Source of the DNA: a virus
Lineage: Duplodnaviria; Heunggongvirae; Uroviricota; Caudoviricetes
Virus record (IMG/VR): IMGVR_UViG_2778261250_000007
Length of the DNA stretch: 34,974 nucleotides
Direction: 5' to 3' (one strand)
Made by a program: the position numbers and the translations under genes. Below the pieces are notes generated by a model, which had not been told where the DNA came from, searched no databases, and worked only from the letters and a program-made list of their open reading frames with translations. How positions within the stretch are numbered: position 1 is the stretch's first letter; each line of letters starts with the position of its first letter. Below, piece after piece: positions 10,523 through 19,068 of the stretch.

Positions 10523-12441
10523 TATGCAAACTCCTCGATAATACAAACCCCATCAGCACCTTTCCCGCCCGTCATACTGGTTCCGCTATAACCTGCATCG
10601 TATGCACCACCTCCGCCTGAACCAAATGCCCTGCCTCTAACGCCACCGCCAGCGCCTGCGCGTCCACCGCCTCCCCAGTACGATGCACCGCCTTCACCGC
10701 TGACGCCGATATTCCCGGACTGACCGTCGCCTCCATCTCCACCAGTGATGCGGATATCGCCAATATTCGGTACGCCTCCGTTACCGCCGTTTGTGTTTGT
10801 GACTCCTACTTTTCCGGCGCCTTCACCACCAGGGGCTATTACCGATCCGAACGAGCTATCACCGCCCTTGAGGCCGTTCGTCGCACTAACGCCGCCAGCC
10901 CCACCTGCGCCGATAGTGACAGGATAACTATTCTGTGTCGGGGTCAGTATGGTGATTACTGTCCCTCCGGCCCCACCGCCAGCACCGAAAAACGTTTCAT
11001 TATTGGATGTAGCCTTGCAGCCGCCCCCTCCGCCACCGCCGCCAGTTATTGTGACCCTGATCCGTTTTGTTTCTGGTGATGGGGTATACGTACCTGATGA
11101 CGCGAAAGCCCGGGTACTCAGCCGGCGTCCCACGTATCCGCTTGTATCTCCCAAACCAAGATAACGAATAACCTCCTGTTTGCTTGTTTTAGCCAGAATA
11201 TCCCGTCCAACATTAGTCAGGGTTGTCAGGCTGGCTGTATCATTCCCCGTAAAATACGGTAGTTTGTCTGCCGCAGTGGCAAGGCCTGCCAGTGCGGTCA
11301 GTGTGGCGTCGGCAGGTTGTTTTCCATTGGCAAGGTCATATACAGCCTTCACGGCTTTTGGTGTGGCAGCCTGCGTTTCTGACGTGCTGTTAGTGGCGCT
11401 GCTGAGTTGCACGGTGCCTTTTACCGTCAGTGAAGCTGCAGGCACATCCGTTATCTGGCTCCATGGGTGCGTGTGACTGACAGGTGCCTTACCTGCTGCA
11501 AGGTCATATGCCGCCTTCACTGCCTTTGGTGTGGCAGCCTGCGTTTCTGACGTGCTGTTAGTGGCGCTGCTGAGTTGCACGGTGCCTTTTACCGTCAGTG
11601 AAGCTGCAGGCACATCCGTTATCTGATTCCACGGGTGTGTGTGACTGACAGGTGCCTTACCTGCTGCAAGGTCATATACCGCCTTCACTGCCTTTGGAGT
11701 GGCAGCCTGCGTTTCTGATGTGCTGTTAGTGGCGCTGCTGAGTTGCACAGTGCCTTTTACCGTCAGCGAGGCTGCAGGTACACCTGTTATCTGATTCCAC
11801 GGGTGTGTGTGACTGGCGGATGCTTTACCTGCTGCAAGATCATATGCAGCCTTTACAGCCTTCGGTGTTGCGGCCAGTATTTCGGATTCACTGTTGGTCG
11901 CACTGCTTAACTGAGTAAAACCTTTTGCGGTCAGCGAGGCGTCCGGGTGACGTCGTGACTGTTCGTGCTCTGATATTTTGTCATCCACATACTTGCGGGT
12001 TGCCAGCACTACGGCAGGGTCAATTTTCAGGGTGATATTGTCCGTACTGCTGGTAATCAGCACCATGCGCACGGTCTGGGTGCGCCCGCTGCCTTCAGCC
12101 AGTTGCGGCTTATAGCTTTCCGGGCAGTTGCCCACGGCAATTAGTGCCCCGGATTCATCAAACAGGCCCACTTCACGTATCCACCAACCGCCCTCGTTTT
12201 CAGGAATCACCTGTTCAGCAATAATCTGGCTGCTGTTTTGCGGGTCGATATAGAGCATATTCAGCGCAGCCCGGCGTTTCTCATTTACCAGTGCCGTCTG
12301 CTTTGCGTCCGGCGTTGGCAATACTCCGCCGCCATCGCCCACCGCCATATGGGTAATTTTTAGCGGCACACCGAGCGCGGCGGCGCTGGCAAGTTTCGCC
12401 GCGCCAATATCCGTCAGCAGGGTATAAAATTTTGTGCTCAT
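10522..12441 (-). CDS. H: Tail fibre protein H with internal tandem repeats and a glycine-rich C-terminal domain
   Basis: 639 aa. Conserved P2-H-like N-terminus (MSTKFYTLLTDIGAAKLASAAALG...), then about four copies of a 56-aa module (...TVKGTVQLSSATNSTSETQAATPKAVKAVYDLAAGKAPVSHTHPWNQITDVPAASL...), then a Gly-rich C-terminus including GGGGGGGG. Confidence 0.85.
   Translation of the reverse strand: MSTKFYTLLTDIGAAKLASAAALGVPLKITHMAVGDGGGVLPTPDAKQTALVNEKRRAALNMLYIDPQNSSQIIAEQVIPENEGGWWIREVGLFDESGALIAVGNCPESYKPQLAEGSGRTQTVRMVLITSSTDNITLKIDPAVVLATRKYVDDKISEHEQSRRHPDASLTAKGFTQLSSATNSESEILAATPKAVKAAYDLAAGKASASHTHPWNQITGVPAASLTVKGTVQLSSATNSTSETQAATPKAVKAVYDLAAGKAPVSHTHPWNQITDVPAASLTVKGTVQLSSATNSTSETQAATPKAVKAAYDLAAGKAPVSHTHPWSQITDVPAASLTVKGTVQLSSATNSTSETQAATPKAVKAVYDLANGKQPADATLTALAGLATAADKLPYFTGNDTASLTTLTNVGRDILAKTSKQEVIRYLGLGDTSGYVGRRLSTRAFASSGTYTPSPETKRIRVTITGGGGGGGGCKATSNNETFFGAGGGAGGTVITILTPTQNSYPVTIGAGGAGGVSATNGLKGGDSSFGSVIAPGGEGAGKVGVTNTNGGNGGVPNIGDIRITGGDGGDGQSGNIGVSGEGGASYWGGGGRAGAGGGVRGRAFGSGGGGAYDAGYSGTSMTGGKGADGVCIIEEFA
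11300..11935. repeat. Tandem 168-bp repeats inside tail-fibre gene H (three near-identical copies plus diverged flanking copies)
   Basis: The motif ctgcgtttct recurs at 11371, 11539 and 11707 (period exactly 168 bp = 56 codons) with near-identical surrounding sequence; diverged copies lie on either side. Confidence 0.7.
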
Positions 12442-13043
12442 GGATTCACTCTCATTGTGTCAATAACATGGACCGCCCCGCCTTCATGCGCGGTGCCACC
12501 GGAAATAATCGTTTCGTTGATATACGGATAGATGGTGATTTCTTCGCCAAGATAGCTGGCGGCTCCCACCCAATACGGGCCGCTGGTCTGCAGATTGATG
12601 GACATGCCGATCATGTGGCGGCTACATGGTTTGGCATCGCTTATCAGTCGCTCAAGTTCCAGATAGGTATCTTCAGTGATGCCCTGGTCCTGCACGCCGA
12701 TATCCAGGCGAAACGTGCCCGGTGCCTCTCCGGTTTGCCACCACTCAATAATGCGGATCAGAAAGCCGAACGGCTCCACCACCCGCCGCACGGCACTGGT
12801 GGTCCCTTTATGCTGATGAATATAAAAAGCATCCTTCACCACCTGGCGCTTGACGCTTTCTGTCCAGCCTTCGTCCCAGCGATCCACAGAGAACGCCCAG
12901 GCGAGATAAGGCAGGAAGCTGACCGGGCAGGTAGCCGGATTCCACAAGTCACGCAGCGGCACCTGCAGATCAGAAATCCCGCTGCACGTTTGCGCCAGTC
13001 GGCGCTCCAGTGAAGTTGACCCCGATGGCAGCAGACTATTCAT
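12438..13043 (-). CDS. I: Baseplate assembly protein I
   Basis: 201 aa, ATG at 13043, between J and H. Confidence 0.8.
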   Translation of the reverse strand: MNSLLPSGSTSLERRLAQTCSGISDLQVPLRDLWNPATCPVSFLPYLAWAFSVDRWDEGWTESVKRQVVKDAFYIHQHKGTTSAVRRVVEPFGFLIRIIEWWQTGEAPGTFRLDIGVQDQGITEDTYLELERLISDAKPCSRHMIGMSINLQTSGPYWVGAASYLGEEITIYPYINETIISGGTAHEGGAVHVIDTMRVNP

Positions 13044-13944
13044 CCGTTCCCCCGTTGGTCACGCTCCACTCCGTACATGATGCCGCCTGCGTTTTGTTCA
13101 AAACCACATCCGCCAGCGGCGAAGCCAGCTCCACACGCTGCACACCCTCAACATGCAGGGCGGCAAAGATGGCGCTACGGCGAATATCCCGACCAAGCCG
13201 CGTCTGACTGGCGATGTATTTCTGCAGGCTGGCTTTTGCCGCTGCCATTACCGGCTCTGCTTCCGGCCCCGGATAGAGAAAAATGGTGGCTTCCACGCGA
13301 TACGGGATGATTTCTGCGCTGCGAACCGTCAGACGGTCAGCCACCGGGCGAACGTTCTCACTGTTCAGAGCTTTTTCCACCACGTCCAGCAGGTCTTTTT
13401 CTGCTGTTCCGTCGCCTTCACGGCTTAGGACCGTTAGCACCACCTCTGCAGGTGCCGGGCTGGTTGCACTGGCATCCGCCACCCGACCGTCGGCGCTTCG
13501 GGCATGAAATTCATAAGCTGCGGTTGGCCCCGCAACCGAAAGCCCTTCAAAAGCCGCAGGCACACGCAGGCGTAACGCTTCATCGCTTTCCATCACAGCC
13601 GCAACGGGTGGCACAGCGTCATTATCAGCAGGCGTCACCGTCAGGCGTTTCACGTTGTAGTTGGCAGCGAGCTGGTCAAGATCGCCGCCCATTGCGTAAG
13701 CCACCATCACAGCATGCGCGGCTTCGTTAATGCGCTGGCGCAGAAGCAACTCACGGTAAGCGTTCTCCTGAAGCAATTTGGTGACGGGTTCAGATTCCAG
13801 TTCCAGCGTGCGGATCACTGCTTCCTGCTCATCTTTCGGATGAAGCGCAACAAATTCGGCCTTGCGTTCGGCAAGCAGCGTCTCAAAGTCCGGCACATCC
13901 ACAATCTGCGGCGCAGGCAACTGCGAAAGGTCAATCACTGCCAT
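13036..13944 (-). CDS. J: Baseplate protein J
   Basis: 302 aa from ATG at 13944 (MAVIDLSQLPAPQIV...) with AGGAG upstream. The track ORF extends 13 codons further upstream. Confidence 0.85.
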   Translation of the reverse strand: MAVIDLSQLPAPQIVDVPDFETLLAERKAEFVALHPKDEQEAVIRTLELESEPVTKLLQENAYRELLLRQRINEAAHAVMVAYAMGGDLDQLAANYNVKRLTVTPADNDAVPPVAAVMESDEALRLRVPAAFEGLSVAGPTAAYEFHARSADGRVADASATSPAPAEVVLTVLSREGDGTAEKDLLDVVEKALNSENVRPVADRLTVRSAEIIPYRVEATIFLYPGPEAEPVMAAAKASLQKYIASQTRLGRDIRRSAIFAALHVEGVQRVELASPLADVVLNKTQAASCTEWSVTNGGTDE

Positions 13945-14290
13945 TCTCTGCTCCTGTTGATACGGAAAGGGAAACAGGCACACCGTTATTACGCCGCCCG
14001 GTCAGCTCCACCACCATTGAACCGTCAAAATTGCTGTTAAGGGTGATGGAATCCAGCGTCAGCCGTGGCTCCCAGCGACTCAGCGCCACATACACTGCCG
14101 ACATGACCTGCAGGCGTAATGCCGGATTTTGTGGCTGGTCTATCAGTGCCGACAGCAGGGAACCATATTCCCGACGGGCAATGCGGCTACCCTGCGGCGT
14201 CAGCAAAATGTCCCGTACCGACTGGCGCAGATGGTCAATATCAGTAATGGCTTTACCGCTGGTATTGTTCATCCCGCTATAAAGCGTCAT
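13931..14290 (-). CDS. W: Baseplate wedge protein W
   Basis: 119 aa, ATG at 14290; synteny V-W-J. Confidence 0.8.
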   Translation of the reverse strand: MTLYSGMNNTSGKAITDIDHLRQSVRDILLTPQGSRIARREYGSLLSALIDQPQNPALRLQVMSAVYVALSRWEPRLTLDSITLNSNFDGSMVVELTGRRNNGVPVSLSVSTGAENGSD

Positions 14291-14865
14291 ACCGGGCCTC
14301 CGGTTGTATCGCCGCCTTTCAGGACGCCAGTATGCTGATGCGCATCAACCACGATCCCGTTAGAACTCATCGCTCCGCCGCCCTGAGTAACGCCACCATT
14401 GACCACCACTTCGCTGTTAATACGCGTGCACTCAGCCTCCAGCACAAACTCACTGGTTTTCAGGGTGATGTTATCGGCAGCCTCAATGACCATGGATTTG
14501 ATGCCCCTGACATACCAGCGCCCGGTGGCAGGTTCGTATTCAAACCAGCCACCGTCAGGATGTTCTGTCACGCAGGCATCCGCCGACGTCGACGGTGGTG
14601 CGAACTGATTCGAATAGACAGCGGGCAGCGCAAAGGCGGTTTCCAGATTGCCGCCCAGACTCAGCAGCACCACCTGCTCACCTTCCGATGGTCGCCACCA
14701 TGTGCGGGCATTCCCGGCACGCAGCGTCAGCCAGCTGATCCAGTTGGTTTCAAGCTCGCCCGTTTTCACCCGGCAAAGCCAGTGTTCCCGGTCCACTTCG
14801 GTGACTATCCCAGTGCGGATCAGGTTGGTGATAAGGCGCATGATTTCGGTTAGTTGTGCGTTCAT
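14287..14865 (-). CDS. V: Baseplate spike/hub protein V
   Basis: 192 aa, ATG at 14865, first gene of the V-W-J-I-H-G block. Confidence 0.8.
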   Translation of the reverse strand: MNAQLTEIMRLITNLIRTGIVTEVDREHWLCRVKTGELETNWISWLTLRAGNARTWWRPSEGEQVVLLSLGGNLETAFALPAVYSNQFAPPSTSADACVTEHPDGGWFEYEPATGRWYVRGIKSMVIEAADNITLKTSEFVLEAECTRINSEVVVNGGVTQGGGAMSSNGIVVDAHQHTGVLKGGDTTGGPV

Positions 14866-14911
14866 AAGGGGAGAATGACAGAAACAATTAATGAGAAGTA
14901 GCGTTGATATT

Positions 14912-14929
14912 TGTATGAAACTCTATACA
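14912..14929. promoter_or_regulatory. Ogr-type element TGT-N12-ACA upstream of V (late promoter PV)
   Basis: TGTATGAAACTCTATACA centred about 55 bp upstream of the V ATG, the same spacing as the element upstream of P. It overlaps a plus-strand sigma70-like pair TTGTAT(14911-14916)-18-TAGAAT(14935-14940) that could drive the cargo gene. Confidence 0.4.
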
Positions 14930-15002
14930 AAAACTAGAATTTCCAAGTCTTCGCAGATATATTATGTGGAGTTTTCTCATTGACATTATCCTAGGTATCA
15001 GA

Positions 15003-16709
15003 ATGGAACATCTAAAGCAACTACTAAAAAAAACTGAATTTATCGAAAAATACGGCATTGGGAATGCACATCTATTATGGGCCTTAGGTTTATATTTGGA
15101 CGAATCAGACTTTGACAAATTAGCCTCAGATGGTTTGACTGACGGAGGTAATGATAAAAAAATAGATTTCATTACTGTAATAAATTCAACTTTATTTATT
15201 GCGCAAGGTTATTACTGCACCCAAGATAAATTGAAAATTGTTGCGCCAGCAAATAAAGCTTCCGATCTCAACACTGCTTTAGCATGGATTATTTCAGGTT
15301 CTGGTCAATCACCAAATGAAAAATTAAGAGCTAAAATTGCTGAAGTTAGAAAACTTATTGACGATAATGAAATAGAAGCTGTAGAGCTTCTATATATTCA
15401 CAATTGTGCTGAGTCAGAACACGTAAGAGTTGAATTAGAAACATGTCGTGACTATTTAGCAAATCGCTTCTCTAATAAAGAGATAGAAGTAACCTGCAAA
15501 GAGTTGGGCGTATATAGCCTTGAAAAATTATATATTGCACTTTCGCAACAAATTGTAGTAAAAGATGATATAATTTTTGATGGTACTATTGTAGACTCGG
15601 TAGAAGGTGATGGTTGGACCTCACGTGTTGGCTTCGCTAATGGCAGTTGGCTGAACTCACTTTTCAAAACCCACGGCGCTGAATTATTCTCAGCTAACTA
15701 CCGTGGTTTTATGGGGTTGAGTAAAAGAAGAAAAATAAACTCTTCCATTAGAAGTACGGCAGAGACAACTCCTAAAGACTTTTTTGTTTTTAATAATGGA
15801 GTATCAATCCTTACAACAAAATTCAGACAAGATAATAATAAGGCAATTTTAGAGGGTATATCCATTATCAATGGAGCGCAAACTACTGGTTCCATAGGCT
15901 CTGTGCAAGATATACAAAAACTTGATGGATTGAAAGTACTATGTAAAGTTATTGAATGCAATGACGCAGATAAAGTAAAAAAAATAGTTCAATTTAATAA
16001 TACTCAAAACCATATCACGACCTGGGATCATTATTCAAATAGTCCAGAACAAAAGCAGGTAGAAGAAGAGTTTTCGACCTTAGGCTATATTTACTCGTTA
16101 AAAAGAGGCTTTGAGAATACTGGTTCTTTATTTGGTATTGAGTCAGTTGCACAACCCTTAATAGCTCTACATGGAGATTATGCAAGCGCAAACAGGGGTA
16201 AAAACTATGTTTTCGACACTAAAACTGCTTATGACAATGCATTTCATGAATCAAAAGCCCAACATATTCTATGTGCATATACCATTTCGAAAGCAATAGA
16301 AAAAGTCAAGGCACAGATTAAAAATAAAGATAATAAAATAACATCTGATGAAGACAACTTACTTTTCCTGCAAAACCTCAAGTCTCGCTTCTTTTTGATA
16401 TCTATAGTCGGTGAAATTCTGGAGGAACTGGCCGACAAACCATTAAATAAAAAGTTTGTTAAATATAAATATAATACTTCACTTGCAACAAACAATTCGC
16501 TAGACGACTTAATTAACCTATGGTCGCCAGTTATCGCTGCCATTCTACCCTTTATCATTAGAGTTACAGGTCAAGATCTAACAACTTACTTATCTGAAAC
16601 AGAAGATCCTTTGCATACCGTTGCCAGTGAAGTTAAAAACAATCTCAGATCCTTAAAAGCGTTTCAACCTATAGAACCATTAAGGATCTTAGCTGAAAAC
16701 TTAGAGTAA
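15003..16709 (+). CDS. AIPR-family (abortive infection phage resistance)-like protein; AT-rich cargo gene between S and V
   Basis: 569 aa from ATG 15003 (an alternative in-frame ATG at 14964 gives 581 aa). The motifs LTDGGNDKKIDF near the N-terminus and INGAQTTGSI match my recollection of AIPR-domain signatures. Strongly AT-rich and inserted in an otherwise conserved late-gene block. Confidence 0.55.
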   Translation: MEHLKQLLKKTEFIEKYGIGNAHLLWALGLYLDESDFDKLASDGLTDGGNDKKIDFITVINSTLFIAQGYYCTQDKLKIVAPANKASDLNTALAWIISGSGQSPNEKLRAKIAEVRKLIDDNEIEAVELLYIHNCAESEHVRVELETCRDYLANRFSNKEIEVTCKELGVYSLEKLYIALSQQIVVKDDIIFDGTIVDSVEGDGWTSRVGFANGSWLNSLFKTHGAELFSANYRGFMGLSKRRKINSSIRSTAETTPKDFFVFNNGVSILTTKFRQDNNKAILEGISIINGAQTTGSIGSVQDIQKLDGLKVLCKVIECNDADKVKKIVQFNNTQNHITTWDHYSNSPEQKQVEEEFSTLGYIYSLKRGFENTGSLFGIESVAQPLIALHGDYASANRGKNYVFDTKTAYDNAFHESKAQHILCAYTISKAIEKVKAQIKNKDNKITSDEDNLLFLQNLKSRFFLISIVGEILEELADKPLNKKFVKYKYNTSLATNNSLDDLINLWSPVIAAILPFIIRVTGQDLTTYLSETEDPLHTVASEVKNNLRSLKAFQPIEPLRILAENLE

Positions 16710-16715
16710 CAATTC

Positions 16716-16748
16716 TTGGGTGGCATTAAAACGCCACCCAACCATTTT
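16716..16748 (+). terminator. Intrinsic terminator downstream of the AIPR-like gene
   Basis: ttgggtggc / gccacccaa, a 9-bp stem with an 8-nt loop, followed by ccattttat, directly after the stop at 16707-16709. Confidence 0.5.
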
Positions 16749-16761
16749 ATATAATTGATTA

Positions 16762-17205
16762 TTATTTCAACCATCCTATTAAAACATCATAAATATGTTT
16801 TTCAATCCGTTCATTATTGCCAAGTAAACGCCGCTCTGCATAGCGGACCACCGGGCCTTTGCAACTGACGCGATCACGCAGGCCGTAATGGTGAACGCGG
16901 GCAATGCGCTGTACGTTACCTTCAAACTGCACGCTGGCAGAATCGGCGCTGGCGGCAGTTTTCAGGTATTTTGTGGTGCGCAGCTTTGTAAACATCTGAC
17001 GTTTGATGCGCCCCTTTTTACTACGTGCTGTTACCCTTCGCGGTTCATAGCTGCTGCCATCAGGATTACGCTGCATCCTGATGTTCTGCTGCTGTGTCCG
17101 GCGCAGTTCCTGCGCCAGCTGGCGCATCATGCGGCTTCTTGCGGCTGGCTCCAGATTCGCCAGCAAGGCACTCAGCCAGTCGTCCACCTTCTGCAATTCA
17201 GCCAC
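16762..17205 (-). CDS. S: Tail completion protein S
   Basis: 147 aa; GTG start at 17205 overlapping the R stop; synteny R-S. Confidence 0.8.
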   Translation of the reverse strand: MAELQKVDDWLSALLANLEPAARSRMMRQLAQELRRTQQQNIRMQRNPDGSSYEPRRVTARSKKGRIKRQMFTKLRTTKYLKTAASADSASVQFEGNVQRIARVHHYGLRDRVSCKGPVVRYAERRLLGNNERIEKHIYDVLIGWLK

Positions 17206-17629
17206 GTTTCACCATCCATATTTCTTCAGGTTCATCGGGTTCCGCTACAGCTTCAACACTAGACACACTGCCGTCAGTGCTGACCAGCACACGCTCCGTC
17301 AGTTGCAGGTTAAGACTGATATCACAGACATCGTTGCGCAAAATATCCACCTCAAAGGTGAATAACTTTTCCCGTAACGCCGGGTTATTGATGGCATCAG
17401 ACTGGTTATCCCGCAGCCACAATAAAACCGGGGCCATCAACAGATTCTGGTCGCCGCTGAAATCCTCAATCACCACGTTCAGGGTGTAACGGTACTCCCA
17501 TGACATGGAGCTGGCCCCCGTAGCAACCAGCGAACCGTTATCCACAAACAGATGCAGTTTGTCCGGGTTATTGCGGACATAAGGCACCGCTTTATTGAGG
17601 GCGTGGCGCAGGGATTGTGGTTTGTTCAC
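17198..17629 (-). CDS. R: Tail completion protein R
   Basis: 143 aa from GTG at 17629 with AGGAG 8 nt upstream (GTG-NKPQSLRHALNKAV...). The track ORF starts 7 codons upstream at TTG. Confidence 0.8.
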   Translation of the reverse strand: MNKPQSLRHALNKAVPYVRNNPDKLHLFVDNGSLVATGASSMSWEYRYTLNVVIEDFSGDQNLLMAPVLLWLRDNQSDAINNPALREKLFTFEVDILRNDVCDISLNLQLTERVLVSTDGSVSSVEAVAEPDEPEEIWMVKRG

Positions 17630-17882
17630 TGTTTCGCTCCTGACACGCAATAATCATGTCCACTTTGTCTGCACAGACCGCCCAGGCGGCCTCCGTTTCA
17701 TCCAGCAATGCGTTCAGATCACCGTTAGTGCGCGGCGTTGCCTGATCCAGCCGACACGGCGTCACTCGCGGACACCCACTGACGGTAAGCTGCACCTCCG
17801 GTGAATGCCGGACGTTTCCGCAGCCGGATAATGTCAGCAGGCAAAGGAGTATCAGCCCAGCGGCGTAAATCCTCGTTCTCAC
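17592..17882 (-). CDS. lysC: LysC-like outer-membrane lipoprotein (Rz1-type o-spanin), embedded in and extending past lysB
   Basis: 96 aa with a signal peptide and lipobox (LLTLSGC). GTG start at 17882 with GAGGAA upstream. Lies in an alternate frame overlapping the 3' half of lysB and the start of R. Confidence 0.55.
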   Translation of the reverse strand: MRTRIYAAGLILLCLLTLSGCGNVRHSPEVQLTVSGCPRVTPCRLDQATPRTNGDLNALLDETEAAWAVCADKVDMIIACQERNSEQTTIPAPRPQ

Positions 17883-18153
17883 GTTTCAGTTCCTCAATCC
17901 GGCGTTGTCGTTGTCTCAGCAGTGCACTGGTCTGTTCTGCTTCGGCGTAGAGCCGCGCCTGCTCCCGATTGTTGGTTTCAGCCAGAATGGACAGACTGAT
18001 CAGCTGGCTATTTTTCTTCGTTAGTTCGTGCGCTTTACTTTTCAGCGCCGCGCGCTGCGTTTCGATGGTGTGGCTGGCGCTGTTAAGCCGCCACGACTGC
18101 CAGCCCAGCGCAACGAGTGCCAGCGCCGCCACTACCGCCAGCACACGTGTCAT
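17725..18153 (-). CDS. lysB: LysB-like inner-membrane spanin (Rz-type)
   Basis: 142 aa with an N-terminal TM segment (VLAVVAALALVALGW) followed by a charged coiled-coil region. ATG at 18153 overlaps the endolysin stop. Confidence 0.7.
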   Translation of the reverse strand: MTRVLAVVAALALVALGWQSWRLNSASHTIETQRAALKSKAHELTKKNSQLISLSILAETNNREQARLYAEAEQTSALLRQRQRRIEELKRENEDLRRWADTPLPADIIRLRKRPAFTGGAAYRQWVSASDAVSAGSGNAAH

Positions 18154-18665
18154 AGTCCAGCTCCTTTAAGGCACCAGGCCATCTCCCGCGCACGGCGGTT
18201 ATCCAGCCCCTGATTAAACACACCTTTTACATAAACCCAGCGCGGCAACTGTCGGCACGCATCCACCCAGCGCCGCTGATTGAGCAATTTAACCAGCGTG
18301 GAGCTGCAGGCATTGCCCGTCCCCACGTTGAAGGCAAACGACACCGTAGCGTCATACACCTTCTGTGGTGGCTGTTGCTTCACACACCTTTCCAGTGCCC
18401 GCTCCACACGTAGCACGTTGGAGATCAGCCCTTCTGCTGCCTGTCGTTCCGTGATTGTTTTGCCGGGAATGACGCCCGATGTATTACCAATGCCGTCGGT
18501 CCAGACACCCGCGCTGCACTGATACGGCTGCAGACGACAGCCTTCGTAATCGGCAATCAGTTTCAGCCCCTCCACTGAGGTGTGAAGCTGCTGAAAACCC
18601 GGCAGCGTGGCAGCAATAGCCAGCACGGCCCCGACAAGGCAGCGTTTAACGATTGATGGATTCAT
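18150..18665 (-). CDS. K: Endolysin (lysozyme, K position) with N-terminal signal-anchor-release-like segment
   Basis: 171 aa; hydrophobic N-terminus LVGAVLAIAATLPGF followed by a lysozyme-like body. Confidence 0.8.
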   Translation of the reverse strand: MNPSIVKRCLVGAVLAIAATLPGFQQLHTSVEGLKLIADYEGCRLQPYQCSAGVWTDGIGNTSGVIPGKTITERQAAEGLISNVLRVERALERCVKQQPPQKVYDATVSFAFNVGTGNACSSTLVKLLNQRRWVDACRQLPRWVYVKGVFNQGLDNRRAREMAWCLKGAGL

Positions 18666-18861
18666 AGTCCTCCCGCGAGATCTGCCCGTCGCGCAGAAGC
18701 TGGTAGGCTTTGTGTTTGTAGTACCAGTTGATAGCCAGCATCAGCACACCAATCATCAGGCCGCCCAGCGTTGAGGCATCCTTGATGGACAAATCGCCCA
18801 GCCAGGCCAGCACAACGGCGATGCAGTACGTGATAAAGGCGCTGATTCGCTCAAGCGTCAT
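18646..18861 (-). CDS. Holin (small two-TM protein)
   Basis: 71 aa with two hydrophobic helices and a charged C-terminus, immediately upstream of the endolysin with a 20-nt overlap. Confidence 0.6.
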   Translation of the reverse strand: MTLERISAFITYCIAVVLAWLGDLSIKDASTLGGLMIGVLMLAINWYYKHKAYQLLRDGQISREDYESINR

Positions 18862-18864
18862 AAT

Positions 18865-19068
18865 TCAGCCCCATAGCTGGACGGTCTGCACGGTGGTGGT
18901 GGTCGGAATGTCCGGCAGCTCCACCTGCAGCCCGTGAGGTAAAAAGGGGCCATATTCGGCAAGCCCCGGATTTGCCTTCAGTACCTGCTCCGTGACACCC
19001 TGCGTGCGCCCGTAATGACGCCAGCAAAGCGCGTCCACCGTGTCATACTGATGCGCACGCACTTTCAT
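18865..19068 (-). CDS. X: Tail protein X
   Basis: 67 aa (MKVRAHQYDTVDALCWRHYGRTQG...); ATG overlaps the L stop (ATGA). Confidence 0.8.
   Translation of the reverse strand: MKVRAHQYDTVDALCWRHYGRTQGVTEQVLKANPGLAEYGPFLPHGLQVELPDIPTTTTVQTVQLWG

Noticed and set aside
10530-11100. Gly-codon-rich DNA (ccgccaccgcc runs) as a possible CRISPR array or simple-sequence repeat
   Set aside because: It is in-frame coding sequence for the Gly-rich C-terminus of tail fibre H; there is no repeat-spacer periodicity. No CRISPR array, tRNA or rRNA was recognised anywhere in the window.
14888-15172. 94-aa minus-strand ORF spanning the V-cargo intergenic region and the AIPR start
   Set aside because: Overlaps the promoter region and the 5' end of the AIPR-like gene on the opposite strand; low-complexity AT-rich translation with no RBS.
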